Of a DNA stretch of 43,238 nt, positions 43,224 to 43,238 are shown piece by piece; the stretch's first letter is position 1, and each line of letters begins with the position of its first letter. Below the pieces are notes generated by a model, which was not told where the DNA came from, ran no database searches, and saw nothing but the letters and a program-made list of their open reading frames with translations. The stretch comes from Terriglobia bacterium (GTDB lineage Bacteria; Acidobacteriota; Terriglobia; Acidiferrales; UBA7541): the NCBI GenBank assembly GCA_041476305.1, contig JBGOTC010000001.1, forward strand, positions 1 to 43,238, written 5' to 3'. The position numbers were made by a program, and so were the translations under genes.

Positions 43224-43238
43224 CCCAATCCCTCCGCA

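Overview
This is a GC-rich, densely coding chromosomal segment from a diderm bacterium. The gene content looks Acidobacteria-like to me (ECF sigma/anti-sigma/DUF4097 trio, secreted VWA protein, tricorn-like protease, FecR/W-rich protein, bamA-tamB operon), but that is inference only. I call 41 protein-coding genes. I saw no rRNA, tRNA, CRISPR array, transposase or integrase. From 12880 down to 240 every gene is on the minus strand and envelope-related or housekeeping: kynU, tricorn-like protease, pcm, a GT2 glycosyltransferase, a wHTH regulator with a membrane partner, uppS, two paralogous membrane proteins, and an ECF sigma module. Next come an APC permease and a bamA-like/SurA_N-like/tamB operon, then a mixed block (ThiF-like E1, VWA, rhodanese, yebC, ruvC, FecR-like, Memo-like, acyl-CoA mutase, DinB), and finally a pyrimidine cluster (pyrR-pyrB-pyrC, pyrD, pyrF) interrupted by M28 peptidase, DUF1801 and rlpA genes. 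There is no obvious defence island or mobile element. The best candidate for an undescribed module is a small winged-helix regulator plus multi-TM partner. An identical 7-3-7 palindrome sits in front of that operon and in front of uppS. Other notable points are apparently leaderless pyr genes with TGCTAnnAT extended -10 boxes and no PyrR RNA site, and a pyrF whose conserved N-terminus has no canonical start codon. A DUF4097 protein has an exact 36-residue period, and an orphan Memo-like gene follows two overlapping small ORFs. All product calls rest on motifs I recognise by eye; no database search or folding was run.
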